From contig JALGVU010000001.1 in assembly GCA_025774545.1 (NCBI GenBank), positions 28,573-92,572 on the forward strand: a stretch of 64,000 nt of DNA, in the 5' to 3' direction. Position 1 is the first letter of the stretch; every line of letters begins with the position of its first letter. Position numbers and translations under genes: made by a program. This document shows, piece by piece, positions 1 to 11,496 of this stretch. The DNA comes from a bacterium (GTDB lineage Bacteria; Joyebacterota; Joyebacteria; Joyebacterales; Joyebacteraceae). The notes below the pieces were generated by a model, which was given only the letters and a program-made list of their open reading frames with translations, had not been told where the DNA came from and did not search any database.

Positions 1-932
<932 letters not shown>

Positions 933-1049
933 TCGCGCCCGCGGCCACGGGCACTCAAGGGGGGACGCCCGGTCGCGCGGGGCCAAGGCGCGACGGGGCT
1001 CGTGAGGCTCGCGAGCCCTCGAGGCTTCCGGACGGGAATCTGATCGCGA

Positions 1050-4000
1050 ATGCGACACCGCAGGTGGGTCGTGGTCCTCGCCGTCGTCCTGATCGGGGTC
1101 GTTCCTCTGATCTTCCTCGGACTCCGGGTCGCGTCGCGCCATCCCGCCGTGAAGCGCGCGGTTCTCTCCCGGATCGCACCTGAAATCCGAGGCCAGATGT
1201 CCGTGGGCGAGCTCGATATCGGGCTCGCCTCGCTCTCTTTCGGGGACGTGCTCATCGAGCTCGAGGGCGGCGGGTTCGCCTACGTTCCGTCTGCGGCCGT
1301 GAACCTGAGCTACCGGAAGCTGCTCACGACGGGCCTCAGGGCCGAGCGGTCGCTCGGAAACGTCATCGTGAGCGGACCGCGCGTCACGCTGGTCTACGGC
1401 GCCGAGCCGGACACGACCGCCGCCGCGTTCGATCTCGCCACGCTCGTCTCCGTTCTTCCCGACTACCTCGGTGTCTCGGACGCCACCCTCACGCTCGAGG
1501 ACGCCTCGACGGGACGCCGGATCGACGTCACCGGCGTCGATCTCCGACTGGAACGCCGGGAGGACGGGTCCATCGAGGGCGACGCCGTCGGCGGCTGCCT
1601 CGGGGGCGACGCGAACCTCCGAGCCGACCTTCTGTGGGACACGGCCTCGTCGACCCTTTCTGTTTCGGGCGAGCTCTCGGACGCTTCGCTCGCGCGGGCG
1701 CTTCCGTTCCCGCCGGGGCTGCCCGTCGAGCCCATCGAGGGGCGGGTGTGGGCGACCTTCGCCGGCGCCTACCCTTCAGGACGACCCGGCTCGATCGCCG
1801 TCGACTTCGGTTTCGAGGACGTCGGAGCGGAGTTCCCCGGCGTCGGCGAGCGGCTCGATCGCGTCGCGGGCGAGGGTCGGTTCGACGGCGACGTCGTCGC
1901 CTTCTCGCGGCTCGCGGGCGCGTGGCGCACATCCGAGTGGAGCGCCGCGGGGGCCTTCTGTCTCTCGGCGTGCGACCTCGAGGGCGTCACCGTGCAGGCG
2001 CGCGAAGTCCCGCTCGAGCCGCTCGTCGCGCTCGTCGGCGGCACGCCGTACGAGCTCGCGGGGACCGTCGATCTCGAGATCGGCGTGAGGGGACCGCTCG
2101 AGACCTCGGCCGTCGAGGTGACGGCGAGCCGGGGAGCGGCGAGCGTCGCCGGCGTGCCGGTGACCTCGCTCCGCGTCGACGGCGTTCTCACGGACGAGGC
2201 GATCGAGATCGCGGTCCTTCGCGCCGAGGCGCTCGGGGCATCGATCGCCGCCACGGGGCGCCTCGTGCGTGGTGCCGCGGGCGAGCCGTGGGAACTCGAT
2301 CTCGCGGCTGACGTGACCGGACTCGACCTGGAGGCGGTCTCGTCGCGGCTCGGTCTTGGAGTGGCCGAGGGGCGGCTCGATCTTCGTGGCGTCGAGGTGC
2401 GCGGGACGACGGAGCGCCTCTTCCTCGAGTCGATCATCGCCTGGCAGGAGGCGACCTTCGCGGGGCTCGATCTCGGGACCGGCGCCGGTGGCATGCTCCT
2501 GAGCGACGGGAACCTGAGCGCGACCTTCTCCCGCGCCGACGCCGGCTACGCGATCTCAGGGTTGGTGACCGACCTCTTCGGCGATCCCGCGATCGACGCC
2601 GAGTTCGAGCTCTCGCAGCTCGCGGTCTCCTCGCTCATCGGGGATCCGACGGGGGCGGCAGTCCGGGTCACTCTCGACGGCGCCGTCCACGTGGAGGGCC
2701 GCCCCGAGGATCTCGACGTGGCGGGCTCGCTCACCGCGGAGGCGGACGGAACGCTCGCGACGCTCGCGGTCGGCGGGAAGCTCGTGGGCGACGCGGCCGG
2801 GAGGACGCTCACCCTCTCGATCGACGCTCCGGACGCGACCGTGCGGGGCGTCGACCTTCCGTTCGAGGGTCTTCTCTCGCTCGACGCGAGCGAGGTCGAG
2901 TTCGTCTCTTCGGACGTCGCCGGCGTCGGGGAGCTCGAGATCCACATCGGACTCGACGACGAGCGGCCGCTCAGTGCGGGCCTCGTCGTCTCGGGAGCGA
3001 GGCTTCCGGACATCGCGGGCCTGGTCTCGGGGACTCCTTCTCCGGACGGGCTCGCGGGCCTCGTCTTCGCCTCGGTCTCCGTGCGGGGGACCCTCGCCAG
3101 GCCCGACGCCAGCGTCCAGCTCCACGCCGGGAACGTCGAAATCGCCGGGATCGGCGGGCTCGACGCGACCCTCGTGGCCCACGTCGAGGGGAGAGACGTT
3201 CGGCTCGACGAGTTCGTGGTGAGGCACCACGGCCGGGACGTCCTCTCGGCCGAGGGCTCGGGCAGCATCGACGGCGCGCTCGCGGTGCAGATCGCGGGCC
3301 GCGGCATCCCGGGTCCGCTTCTCGGAGGGGGTCCCGAGTCCCGATTCGACGTCAAGGCCGGCCTCGGTGGACTGACGAGGCGGCCGACGTTCGACTGTCG
3401 CGTCGAGTCGTCCGAGGGCGAGTTCATGGGGATCCCGTTCGATCGGTTCTCGGCGCGGCTGACCGGCGCGGCCGGCGTGCTGGACCTGAACCCGCTCGCC
3501 ATCGAGCGGGTCCAGAGCTACCGGCTCACCGCCACGGGACGCCTGCCGTACGCGCTCATCGCGGGACGCGAGGAACCGGGAGAGGGTTCGCTCACGATCG
3601 AGGTCGACGGAGACCCGCTGGCGCTCCTCGCGGAGCTGACCGGTCTCGTCGACAGCGCGACCGGGCAGGGCCGCATGGTCGCCCATCTCGTCGTCGACGG
3701 CCGCGACGTCTCGGTCGTCCGGGGGCAGCTCGACGCGAGCGCGACGAGCGTGCGGCCCGCGGGGATCTTCGAGGAGATCACCGACCTCACGGCCCGCGCG
3801 AGCGTGACCGACGGCGCCCTGATCACCGGTGAGATCGAAGGGCTCGTCGACGGCCGCCGGGTCTCGATCGCGAGCCGGCGCAACAGGACGGCGGGCGATC
3901 GGGAGCTCGCGCCGCTTCACCTCTACGGGCTGGACCTCGGGGTGCTCGGGCTCTCGACCGATCCGGCGGGCGTCGAGGCGAACGTGCCCGGCCTCATGCT

Positions 4001-5081
4001 CGAGGGCGACGTCGGCAGGGTCGCCGCGCGGGGCCGCGACGGCGCGCCGGAGTTCCTGATCGGCGGCCCGCTCGAGCGCCCGTTCCTCTGGGGCGAGCTC
4101 GAGTACTCGGACCTGTCCTTCACGTACCCGTGGTCGAGTTCGGGCGACGGCGACGGCGGCGGCGACCTGCTCTCGCGCGCCGAGTGGTCGATCTCCATGG
4201 TCGCGGGGAGGAACCTCTGGTACCGGCGCCCCGACGCGAACCTCAAAATCGAGCGGGGAGGCGCGCTCGATTTCGTGGGGACACCGGCCGACGGCGGGCT
4301 CTGCGTCGCCGGGCGCCTGGAGTCGAGCACCGGCACGGTCACCTACGCGAGCAACGACTTCGGCGTCAAGCTCGCGTCCGTCGATTTTCCGCCGTTCTGC
4401 GAGCCCCCGAGGTTCTACGTCGAGGCCGAGACGCGCGTCGACGACGGCACGACCGTCTCGCTCACGATCGACTCGATCGAGGCCGCCCTCACGCTCGACG
4501 CACCGGGCGCGACGCTCGACGAGACGACGCTCGTGCTCGCGTCGGACTCTCCGGACGACAACACGCGCGAGCGCATCCTCTCGAAGCTCCAGTACGGGAT
4601 GAGCTACGAGCTGCTCGAGGAGGAGGAACAGGCCGCGCTCGAGCGGAGGAGGGCCATCGGCGTTCTGGGGAGCGGCCTCTCCGGCTACGTGATGCGCCCG
4701 CTCTTGGCACCTGTCGAGGCACGAATCAGGCGGAGCCTCCGGCTCGACCTCGTCAGGCTCGAGGTCGACTTCCTCCAGCACTTCCTGGCCCAGATCGACC
4801 GGTGGAACGCGCAGGCCAGCACGTCGTCCTACGAGCCGTTCCTCTCGAAGTCGCGCGTGACCTTCGGCAAGTACGTGTCGAGGGACTGGCTCCTGTCGTA
4901 CGTCGGGTTCGCCGAGAGCTTCGAGGAGGACCTCGGCGACCAACGACTGGGCCTCCGAAGTGAGCTCGGGATTGAATACGAGGTGTCACGCAACACGTCT
5001 CTCTCTCTGAGGATGGTCTACGACCCGTCCTTCTCGGGCTGGGACCGGAAGATCGCGATCGAGAACCGGTACGAGTTCTAG
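1050..5081 (+). CDS. tamB: Translocation and assembly module protein TamB (AsmA-like, DUF490 C-terminus)
   Basis: 1343 aa with an N-terminal signal-anchor helix and a long beta-rich body. C-terminal DUF490-like region ends in YEF. Sits directly upstream of bamA. Confidence 0.7.
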   Translation: MRHRRWVVVLAVVLIGVVPLIFLGLRVASRHPAVKRAVLSRIAPEIRGQMSVGELDIGLASLSFGDVLIELEGGGFAYVPSAAVNLSYRKLLTTGLRAERSLGNVIVSGPRVTLVYGAEPDTTAAAFDLATLVSVLPDYLGVSDATLTLEDASTGRRIDVTGVDLRLERREDGSIEGDAVGGCLGGDANLRADLLWDTASSTLSVSGELSDASLARALPFPPGLPVEPIEGRVWATFAGAYPSGRPGSIAVDFGFEDVGAEFPGVGERLDRVAGEGRFDGDVVAFSRLAGAWRTSEWSAAGAFCLSACDLEGVTVQAREVPLEPLVALVGGTPYELAGTVDLEIGVRGPLETSAVEVTASRGAASVAGVPVTSLRVDGVLTDEAIEIAVLRAEALGASIAATGRLVRGAAGEPWELDLAADVTGLDLEAVSSRLGLGVAEGRLDLRGVEVRGTTERLFLESIIAWQEATFAGLDLGTGAGGMLLSDGNLSATFSRADAGYAISGLVTDLFGDPAIDAEFELSQLAVSSLIGDPTGAAVRVTLDGAVHVEGRPEDLDVAGSLTAEADGTLATLAVGGKLVGDAAGRTLTLSIDAPDATVRGVDLPFEGLLSLDASEVEFVSSDVAGVGELEIHIGLDDERPLSAGLVVSGARLPDIAGLVSGTPSPDGLAGLVFASVSVRGTLARPDASVQLHAGNVEIAGIGGLDATLVAHVEGRDVRLDEFVVRHHGRDVLSAEGSGSIDGALAVQIAGRGIPGPLLGGGPESRFDVKAGLGGLTRRPTFDCRVESSEGEFMGIPFDRFSARLTGAAGVLDLNPLAIERVQSYRLTATGRLPYALIAGREEPGEGSLTIEVDGDPLALLAELTGLVDSATGQGRMVAHLVVDGRDVSVVRGQLDASATSVRPAGIFEEITDLTARASVTDGALITGEIEGLVDGRRVSIASRRNRTAGDRELAPLHLYGLDLGVLGLSTDPAGVEANVPGLMLEGDVGRVAARGRDGAPEFLIGGPLERPFLWGELEYSDLSFTYPWSSSGDGDGGGDLLSRAEWSISMVAGRNLWYRRPDANLKIERGGALDFVGTPADGGLCVAGRLESSTGTVTYASNDFGVKLASVDFPPFCEPPRFYVEAETRVDDGTTVSLTIDSIEAALTLDAPGATLDETTLVLASDSPDDNTRERILSKLQYGMSYELLEEEEQAALERRRAIGVLGSGLSGYVMRPLLAPVEARIRRSLRLDLVRLEVDFLQHFLAQIDRWNAQASTSSYEPFLSKSRVTFGKYVSRDWLLSYVGFAESFEEDLGDQRLGLRSELGIEYEVSRNTSLSLRMVYDPSFSGWDRKIAIENRYEF

Positions 5082-5137
5082 GTCGTCGCGTACGGTAACT
5101 CGTTCGTCCAGCACGTCTTCCGAGGCCAAACTTTTCG

Positions 5138-5166
5138 TTTACACGGTCCGAGCACCATGCTACGAT
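5138..5166 (+). promoter_or_regulatory. Putative sigma70-like promoter for bamA (TTTACA-17-TACGAT)
   Basis: Hexamers seen in the 120-nt tamB-bamA gap, about 35 nt upstream of the bamA ATG. Confidence 0.25.
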
Positions 5167-5200
5167 GCCGCTTTGACGTACGGTATGGAGGTGTCTACCG

Positions 5201-7591
5201 ATGCGGAAGCGCGTTGCGTTCATGTCGTTTCTGGTAACGCTCGTCGTCCTCTGCCACGCTGCGGCGTTTGCGGAGGTCGTCGGGGAGATTTCGGTCGAGG
5301 GCAATCGCCACGTGAGCAGGGATCGCGTGCTCCTGACGTTCGGCGTCGTCATCGGCGAGGAACTCGAGCCGGAGGCCGTCCGTGAGGGCATACGGAGGCT
5401 CTACGGGCTCGGGAACTTCTCCGACGTGGGAGTCGAGGCGGAGCACCGCGACGACGGGAAGGTCCGTCTGATCGTGATCGTCGAGGAGCGGATGCGGGTT
5501 TCCGGCATCACGATCGTGGGCAGCGACAAGATCGGAGATGACGACATCCGGGATGTTCTCCGAATCGAGGAGAACTCCCCGTTCGACGAGAGCAAGCTCG
5601 ACGACTCGCGGGTTGCGGTCCTCGCGCTGTACGAGAGCAAGGGCTTCCCATATGCGACCATGGAGATCGGCGCCGAGGACGCGTCGGCCACCACGACCAA
5701 GATCACCGTCTCGATCAACGAAGGGATCCGCGTGACGGTCGAGGACATCGCGTTCGTGGGGAACGAGGCTCTCGACGAGGCCGATCTCAAGCGCGTCATG
5801 GAGACCAGGGAAGATCGCTGGTGGCGGACGGACGCGTTTCTCGACACCGGCGTTCTCGAGGATGATCTCGTGCAAATCGCGGAACGCTACCGCGAGGACG
5901 GGTACATCGACGCCAGGACGACCGGCTACGAGACCGAGTACGATGAGACCGGCGAGAAGGTCACGGTGACGATCACGGTGGAGGAGGGGCCGCTCTATCA
6001 CATTTCGGGGATCGAGTGGGTGGGAGCCTCGGAGTTCGCGGCCGAGCCTCTGAAGGACATCACGACGATCGCGATCGGAGACGTCTATCGTCCGGGCGAG
6101 GCCGAGGAGACGATCCGAGAGGCCTACGGCTGGTATGGTGAGCGCGGCTACATCCACTCGAGGATCTTCAGGGTGGAGGACGTTGAGTCGGGGAACGAGA
6201 TCGCGGTCAAGTTCCACGTCGACGAGGGAGAGCCCGCGAGGATCGGGCAGATCCACATCGCGGGCAACGAGCGCACGAGGGAGAAGGTGATCCGTCGCGA
6301 GCTCACCGTGAGGCCGGGCGACCTCTACCAGACCTCCGAGATCATCGCGAGCCAGCGCAAGGTCGCGAACCTCGGCTTCTTCAACGGCCCGTCCGTCGAG
6401 TTCTCGGAGAGCCGGGTCCCCTCGGACATCGACCTGACCTTCACGGTCGAGGAGCGTCAGACGGGCCGCGCCGGCGTCGGCATCTCGCACACGAGCGAGA
6501 AGGGCATCACCGGCTTCCTCGAGCTGACCGAGGGGAACCTGTTCGGCAGCGGCCGATTCCTCGATCTCAAGTGGGAGTTCGGCAAGAACAACACCGAGGT
6601 GGTTCTCGGCTTCACCGAACCGTGGTTCCTCGACAAGCGCCTCTCGGTTGGCTTCGACATCTACGACACCGACGACAAGCGAACCTACTCGTCGCTTCCG
6701 GACGAATTCTACGAGGACGCCTTCCCCGACACGATCCTGACGGACTGCGACGGGTGTTCGCGCCGATTCGTGGTCCGGCGGGAGCGGCGCGGCGCCGACG
6801 TCCGTATCGGCTGGCCGTTCATGGGCTCCAGGAACACGATGCTCTACACGAAGTACACGCTCGAGCAATACAAGCTGACCGAGTCGGCCGATCTCGTCGT
6901 CAGCATCACGGACACGAACGACGTCGTCGTCGACACCGAGAAGCGGACGTTCATGCGCCAGGACCCCGAGTGGGAGTGGCGGAGCGGCCTCACCGCGACG
7001 CTCGTGCGCAGAACGACCGACCGGCGCTTCCATCCTCATCTGGGAAGCTACACGCGGTTCACCGGCGACCTGTTCGGCTGGGCGTTCGGGGGCGACGTGG
7101 AATACCAGCGGTACGTTCTCGACACGCGGAAGTACGTGCCGGCCTTCTGGACGACGACCCTCATGCTCAGGGGACGGGTCGGCGTCGTCACGGGATACGG
7201 CGATCCGAGCAGCGTCCCGGACGACGCGCGCTTCGAGCTGGGCGGCGTGGGGCTGAACGGGATCCGCGGCTACTCCAATCGCGCGATCCTGCCCGCGGGG
7301 GCGGACCTCTACGGCGGACGCACGATGCTCCTCGGGAGCGCCGAGCTGAAGCTCCCGCTCACGAACGAGCGCGAGCAGATCCCCGTCTACGCGGTGGCGT
7401 TCATCGACGCCGGCAACACCTGGGAATCGGTTGAGGACAGCGAGCCGACCGACCTCTACTGGGGGACGGGCGCCGGTGTCCGCATCGAGGTCCCGGTTCT
7501 CGGCAACCTCGGCATCGACATGGGCTACGGCTTCGACGAGGAAGAGGGAGGCGAGTGGAGAGTACACTATCAGTTCGGCATGGATTTCTAA
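5201..7591 (+). CDS. bamA: Outer membrane protein assembly factor BamA
   Basis: Signal peptide, POTRA repeats and a C-terminal surface-antigen beta-barrel ending in F. SD GGAGGTG upstream. Confidence 0.9.
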   Translation: MRKRVAFMSFLVTLVVLCHAAAFAEVVGEISVEGNRHVSRDRVLLTFGVVIGEELEPEAVREGIRRLYGLGNFSDVGVEAEHRDDGKVRLIVIVEERMRVSGITIVGSDKIGDDDIRDVLRIEENSPFDESKLDDSRVAVLALYESKGFPYATMEIGAEDASATTTKITVSINEGIRVTVEDIAFVGNEALDEADLKRVMETREDRWWRTDAFLDTGVLEDDLVQIAERYREDGYIDARTTGYETEYDETGEKVTVTITVEEGPLYHISGIEWVGASEFAAEPLKDITTIAIGDVYRPGEAEETIREAYGWYGERGYIHSRIFRVEDVESGNEIAVKFHVDEGEPARIGQIHIAGNERTREKVIRRELTVRPGDLYQTSEIIASQRKVANLGFFNGPSVEFSESRVPSDIDLTFTVEERQTGRAGVGISHTSEKGITGFLELTEGNLFGSGRFLDLKWEFGKNNTEVVLGFTEPWFLDKRLSVGFDIYDTDDKRTYSSLPDEFYEDAFPDTILTDCDGCSRRFVVRRERRGADVRIGWPFMGSRNTMLYTKYTLEQYKLTESADLVVSITDTNDVVVDTEKRTFMRQDPEWEWRSGLTATLVRRTTDRRFHPHLGSYTRFTGDLFGWAFGGDVEYQRYVLDTRKYVPAFWTTTLMLRGRVGVVTGYGDPSSVPDDARFELGGVGLNGIRGYSNRAILPAGADLYGGRTMLLGSAELKLPLTNEREQIPVYAVAFIDAGNTWESVEDSEPTDLYWGTGAGVRIEVPVLGNLGIDMGYGFDEEEGGEWRVHYQFGMDF

Positions 7592-7639
7592 TCCTGCGCC
7601 TGTCCCTCGCGGGAGCGGGCGGTACCACGGAGGTTTGAC

Positions 7640-8170
7640 TTGAGAAGACATGTGACGATCGCGGCGGCGGCCCTGGCGCTCGTGCTCCTGGCTGCCTCGC
7701 TCGCGTTCGGGGCGGAGAAGTTCGGGTACATCAACTCGGATCGGGTTCTCTCCGAGCACAGCGGCGCGCGCGACATCGAGACCCAGCTCGAGGCGGCGGA
7801 GGCCGATTGGAGATCGCAGGCTCGCGAGAAGGAGGGCGAGATCGAGGGCCTCATCAACGAGCTTCAGAGCCAGCGCCTCCTCCTGTCCGACGACGCCGCC
7901 CGGGAGAAGGAGATGGCGATTCAGGAGAGACAGATCGCCTTCGACGGATTCCTGAACGAGGTGTGGGGTGTGGGAGGACTCGCCGTCCAGAAGAAGGCCG
8001 AGCTCCTTCAGCCCGTGTTCGACCGCGTCAACACCATCCTGAAGGAGATCGGGACCGAGGGCGACTACACGATGATCCTCGACTCCGCCCAGGGGGTCGT
8101 CGTCTACGCGGCTCCCGGCACCGAGCTCACCCAGGAGGTCATCGATCGACTGAACGGTCAGACGGAGTAG
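7640..8170 (+). CDS. skp: Periplasmic chaperone Skp/OmpH
   Basis: 176 aa with signal peptide and a coiled-coil rich body. Conserved position between bamA and lpxD. TTG start. Confidence 0.8.
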   Translation: MRRHVTIAAAALALVLLAASLAFGAEKFGYINSDRVLSEHSGARDIETQLEAAEADWRSQAREKEGEIEGLINELQSQRLLLSDDAAREKEMAIQERQIAFDGFLNEVWGVGGLAVQKKAELLQPVFDRVNTILKEIGTEGDYTMILDSAQGVVVYAAPGTELTQEVIDRLNGQTE

Positions 8171-8207
8171 GCGTGCCAACGGCGCCACGGGCCAAGAGGA
8201 TCCGCGG

Positions 8208-9248
8208 ATGAACCTGACCCTGAGAGAGGTCGCGAAGAACGTTGGCGGCACCGTCGTGGGCGACGGCTCCGTGGTCCTCTCCGGTGTGGCCGGCATCCGG
8301 GAGGCCGGCCCCGGCGAGCTGACCTTCCTCGCGAACCCCAAGTACGAGCGCTACCTCGCCGACACGGCGGCGGCCGCCGTCGTCGTCTCCGCGCAGTACC
8401 GCGCGGCGGCCGAGATGAACGGCAGGCCGCTCCTGGTGGCCGACGACGCCTACCGGACGTTCGCTCGAGTGATGGAGCTCTTTTCGAGCGCCGACACGTC
8501 GGTCGCGGTCGGCGTTCACGGGACGGCCGTCGTCGCCGAATCGGCGTCGATCGGGGAGGGCGCGGCCATCGGCGCCAACGCCGTCGTTCTGGAGGACGCC
8601 GTCGTGGGGGACCGTACGGTGATTCACCCAGGCGTCTACATCGGACGCGGCGCGCGCGTGGGCGCAGACACGATCGTCCACCCGAACGTCACGGTGAAGT
8701 GGGGCTGCGTCATCGGCGACCGCGTCATCGTGCATTCGGGGACCGTGATCGGCAGCGACGGTTTCGGGTTCGCCCCCGAGGGGGACGTCCAGAAGAAGGT
8801 GCCCCAGGTGGGGAACGTCGTGGTCGAGGACGACGTCGAGATCGGCGCCAACGTCTGCGTCGACCGGGCGACGGTCGGGACGACCCGCATGGGTCGAGGA
8901 ACGAAGATCGACAACCTCGTGCAGATCGGACACAACGTCGTCGTGGGCGAGGGGAGCATCATCGTCGCCCAGGTCGGGATCTCGGGGAGCACGCGCGTGG
9001 GCGATCGCGTCGTGCTCGCCGGTCAGTCCGGCATCGCCGGCCACATCGAGGTCGGCGACCGGGCGATGGTCGGCGCCCAGTCGGGCGTGACGAAGTCGGT
9101 GCCGCCGGGCGAGCGCGTCTCCGGCTACCCGGCCCAGAAACACTCACTTTCGAAGAGGTTGCACGCATGCCTGATGCAGCTACCGTCGCTCTTCAACAGG
9201 GTCAAGGATCTCGAGGCGAAGCTCCGCGATCTCGAGAGGAAAGACTGA
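8208..9248 (+). CDS. lpxD: UDP-3-O-acylglucosamine N-acyltransferase LpxD
   Basis: Left-handed beta-helix hexapeptide repeats plus an LpxD N-terminal domain. 346 aa. Confidence 0.9.
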   Translation: MNLTLREVAKNVGGTVVGDGSVVLSGVAGIREAGPGELTFLANPKYERYLADTAAAAVVVSAQYRAAAEMNGRPLLVADDAYRTFARVMELFSSADTSVAVGVHGTAVVAESASIGEGAAIGANAVVLEDAVVGDRTVIHPGVYIGRGARVGADTIVHPNVTVKWGCVIGDRVIVHSGTVIGSDGFGFAPEGDVQKKVPQVGNVVVEDDVEIGANVCVDRATVGTTRMGRGTKIDNLVQIGHNVVVGEGSIIVAQVGISGSTRVGDRVVLAGQSGIAGHIEVGDRAMVGAQSGVTKSVPPGERVSGYPAQKHSLSKRLHACLMQLPSLFNRVKDLEAKLRDLERKD

Positions 9249-10564
9249 TGTCGAGGAGCCACCAGCGGACGCTCGGGAGCAAGTGCTCCTACAAGGGGAT
9301 CGGTATCCACACCGGGAGACAGGCGACCGTCTCGTTCGGGCCGGCGCCCGTCGATTCGGGGATCGTCTTCGTCCGCGTCGACCTTCCCGGGTCGCCCTCG
9401 ATTCCGGCCTCGATCACGCACGTCAAGCAGGTCGCGTCCGGGGGAGACTACCCGCGGAGGACGACGCTCGCGCTGAACGACGTCGAGATCAACACGGTCG
9501 AGCACGTCCTCGCCGCGCTCGTGGGGCTGGGCATCGACAACGCCGTGGTCGAGGTCGATTCCGACGAGCCGGCGGAGCCGACCGACGGCAGCTGCAAGCC
9601 CTTCGTCGACATCCTCACCGAGGCCGGCGTCGTCGAGCAGGACGCGCCCGTGCAGCATCTCGAGATCGTCGAGCCGGTGACGTTCGACGAGGGCGAGGTC
9701 CACCTCTCGGCGTCCCCGCACGACGGGTTTCGTGTGAGCTTCACGATCGACTACGAGAACCCAACGATCGGTGCGCAGTTCGCGAGCTTCGAGCTGACGG
9801 AGAAGACCTTCCTCGAGGAGATCGCCCCCGCGAGGACGTTCGCGCTCAAGCGGGACGTCGAGGGCCTGAAGAAGAAGGGGCTGATCAAGGGCGGCAGCCT
9901 CGAGAACGCGATCCTGGTGGGGGAGGACGGCATCGTCAACAAGGGCGATCTCAGATTCCCGGACGAGTTCGTGCGCCACAAGATCCTCGATCTCCTGGGG
10001 GATCTGGCGCTCCTGGGCAAGCCGATCAGGGGACACGTCTACGCGTCGAAGTCGGGACACGCCTCGAACGTGAAGTTCGTCGAGCGCCTGCGCGATTCGA
10101 TCCGGGAGGGGAAGGTCAAGTTCGGGGAGACGACCAGCTGGGACATCAGTGCGATCGAACAGATCCTCCCGCACCGCTACCCGTTCCTTCTCGTGGATCG
10201 GATTCTCGAGCTGGACGACAGGCGGGTGGTCGGCATCAAGAACTTCACGGTGAACGAGTGGTTCTTCGTCGGTCACTTCCCGGGGCATCCGATCGTGCCG
10301 GCCGTGCTGATCATCGAGGCCATGGCCCAGGTCGGCGGGTTCCTCCTTCTCTCTCGCGTCGACGAGCGCGAGAAGAAGCTGGTCTACTTCATGGGCATCG
10401 ACGATGCGAGGTTCAGGAAGCCCGTCCGGCCCGGCGATTCGGTCCGGTTTGAGCTCGAGCTCCTCAAGCTGCGCCGCGGAACCTGCAAGATGCGCGGATC
10501 GGCCTACGTGCGCGGCGAGCTGGTCGCGGACGGCGAGCTCTGGTCCCAGGTCGTGGAGAAGTAA
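9248..10564 (+). CDS. lpxC/fabZ: Bifunctional UDP-3-O-acyl-GlcNAc deacetylase / 3-hydroxyacyl-ACP dehydratase (LpxC-FabZ fusion)
   Basis: ATG overlaps the lpxD stop (TGATG). The N-terminal ~300 aa is LpxC-like ([23 protein letters not shown]...). The C-terminal ~145 aa is a FabZ hot-dog fold ([19 protein letters not shown]). The N-terminal Arg-rich extension of track ORF 8699..10564 is in the lpxD region and was rejected. Confidence 0.88.
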   Translation: MSRSHQRTLGSKCSYKGIGIHTGRQATVSFGPAPVDSGIVFVRVDLPGSPSIPASITHVKQVASGGDYPRRTTLALNDVEINTVEHVLAALVGLGIDNAVVEVDSDEPAEPTDGSCKPFVDILTEAGVVEQDAPVQHLEIVEPVTFDEGEVHLSASPHDGFRVSFTIDYENPTIGAQFASFELTEKTFLEEIAPARTFALKRDVEGLKKKGLIKGGSLENAILVGEDGIVNKGDLRFPDEFVRHKILDLLGDLALLGKPIRGHVYASKSGHASNVKFVERLRDSIREGKVKFGETTSWDISAIEQILPHRYPFLLVDRILELDDRRVVGIKNFTVNEWFFVGHFPGHPIVPAVLIIEAMAQVGGFLLLSRVDEREKKLVYFMGIDDARFRKPVRPGDSVRFELELLKLRRGTCKMRGSAYVRGELVADGELWSQVVEK

Positions 10565-10576
10565 CAGGAGGACCGG

Positions 10577-11350
10577 ATGTCGCAGATCGACCCGAGAGCT
10601 CTCGTCCATGAGACCGCGCGCCTGACCGACGGCGTTGTCGTGGAACCCTTCGCAATTATCGGACCCGGCGTCACGATCGGGCGAGGATCGCGCGTCTCCT
10701 CGATGGCGCTCATCGAGAAGGACACCGAGATCGGTGAGGAGTGCGTCATCGGGCACGCCGCCGTGCTGGGCACCGATCCGCAGGATCTCAAGTACGCGGG
10801 CGAGCCGACCTACCTCAAGGTCGGGAGCAGGACGACGATCCGCGAGTTCGCGACGATCAACAGGGCCACGGGCTCGGGTGAGGCGACCGTCGTCGGCGAC
10901 GACACGATGATCATGGCGTACGCCCACGTCGCCCACAACTGCGTGATCGGGGACCGCGTCGTGATCGTGAACGCCGTGAACCTCGCCGGTCACGTCGAGA
11001 TCGAGGACTACGCCATCATCGGCGGAATGACGGCGGTGCAGCAGTTCGTCAAGATCGGCGCGCACAGCTACGTCGGCGGCGCGTGCCGCGTCTCGAAGGA
11101 CGTGCCGCCGTACTTCAAGATCGGCGGCGTTCCGACGCGGCCGATCGAGGTGAACACGGTCGGCCTTCTTCGACGGGGCTTCTCTGAGGAGTCGCTCAAC
11201 CAGCTCAGGAAGGCGTACCGGCTTCTCTACCTCACCGATCTCAACACGACGCAGGCGATCGCGCGGATCCGCGAGGAGCTGCCGATGACCGACGAGGTCG
11301 TTTGCCTCGTGGCGTTCGTCGAAGCGTCGCAGCGCGGCATCATCAAGTAG
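10577..11350 (+). CDS. lpxA: Acyl-ACP--UDP-GlcNAc O-acyltransferase LpxA
   Basis: 257 aa of hexapeptide repeats plus the LpxA C-terminal helical domain. SD AGGAGG. Confidence 0.9.
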   Translation: MSQIDPRALVHETARLTDGVVVEPFAIIGPGVTIGRGSRVSSMALIEKDTEIGEECVIGHAAVLGTDPQDLKYAGEPTYLKVGSRTTIREFATINRATGSGEATVVGDDTMIMAYAHVAHNCVIGDRVVIVNAVNLAGHVEIEDYAIIGGMTAVQQFVKIGAHSYVGGACRVSKDVPPYFKIGGVPTRPIEVNTVGLLRRGFSEESLNQLRKAYRLLYLTDLNTTQAIARIREELPMTDEVVCLVAFVEASQRGIIK

Positions 11351-11415
11351 ACGGGGCGGAGGGTGAGCGGCGCGCGGCGGCTCCAGGGCCGAAGGCGCCC
11401 GCCGGACCCGGATCA

Positions 11416-11440
11416 GGAGGGCGCGCCCTCCTTTTTCGTG
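11416..11440 (+). terminator. Intrinsic terminator after lpxA
   Basis: Perfect 16-nt palindrome GGAGGGCGCGCCCTCC followed by TTTTTCGTGG. Confidence 0.6.
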
Positions 11441-11496
11441 GGGCCGCGGGACGGCCGGCCGGAGGGGCCGAGGCGTCAAGCGAGAAGGGAGGACGG

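Noticed and set aside
933-1049. 12-bp palindrome GGCTCGCGAGCC after clpC
   Set aside because: The stem is short and has no U-tract, so it is insufficient for a terminator call.
2556-4943. 795-aa minus-strand ORF inside tamB
   Set aside because: Low-complexity R/E/D/P-rich translation. Antisense to tamB.
5195-8341. 1048-aa minus-strand ORF antisense to bamA/skp
   Set aside because: Arg/Asp/Pro-rich low-complexity translation typical of antisense frames in ~70% GC DNA. It fully overlaps well-supported + strand genes.
8699-9247. Arg-rich N-terminal extension of the lpxC/fabZ track ORF
   Set aside because: Lies in an alternative frame of lpxD. The true start is the ATG at 9248 overlapping the lpxD stop.
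9125-11479. 784-aa minus-strand ORF antisense to lpxC/fabZ/lpxA
   Set aside because: No domain-like sequence. Antisense to conserved genes. A high-GC artefact.
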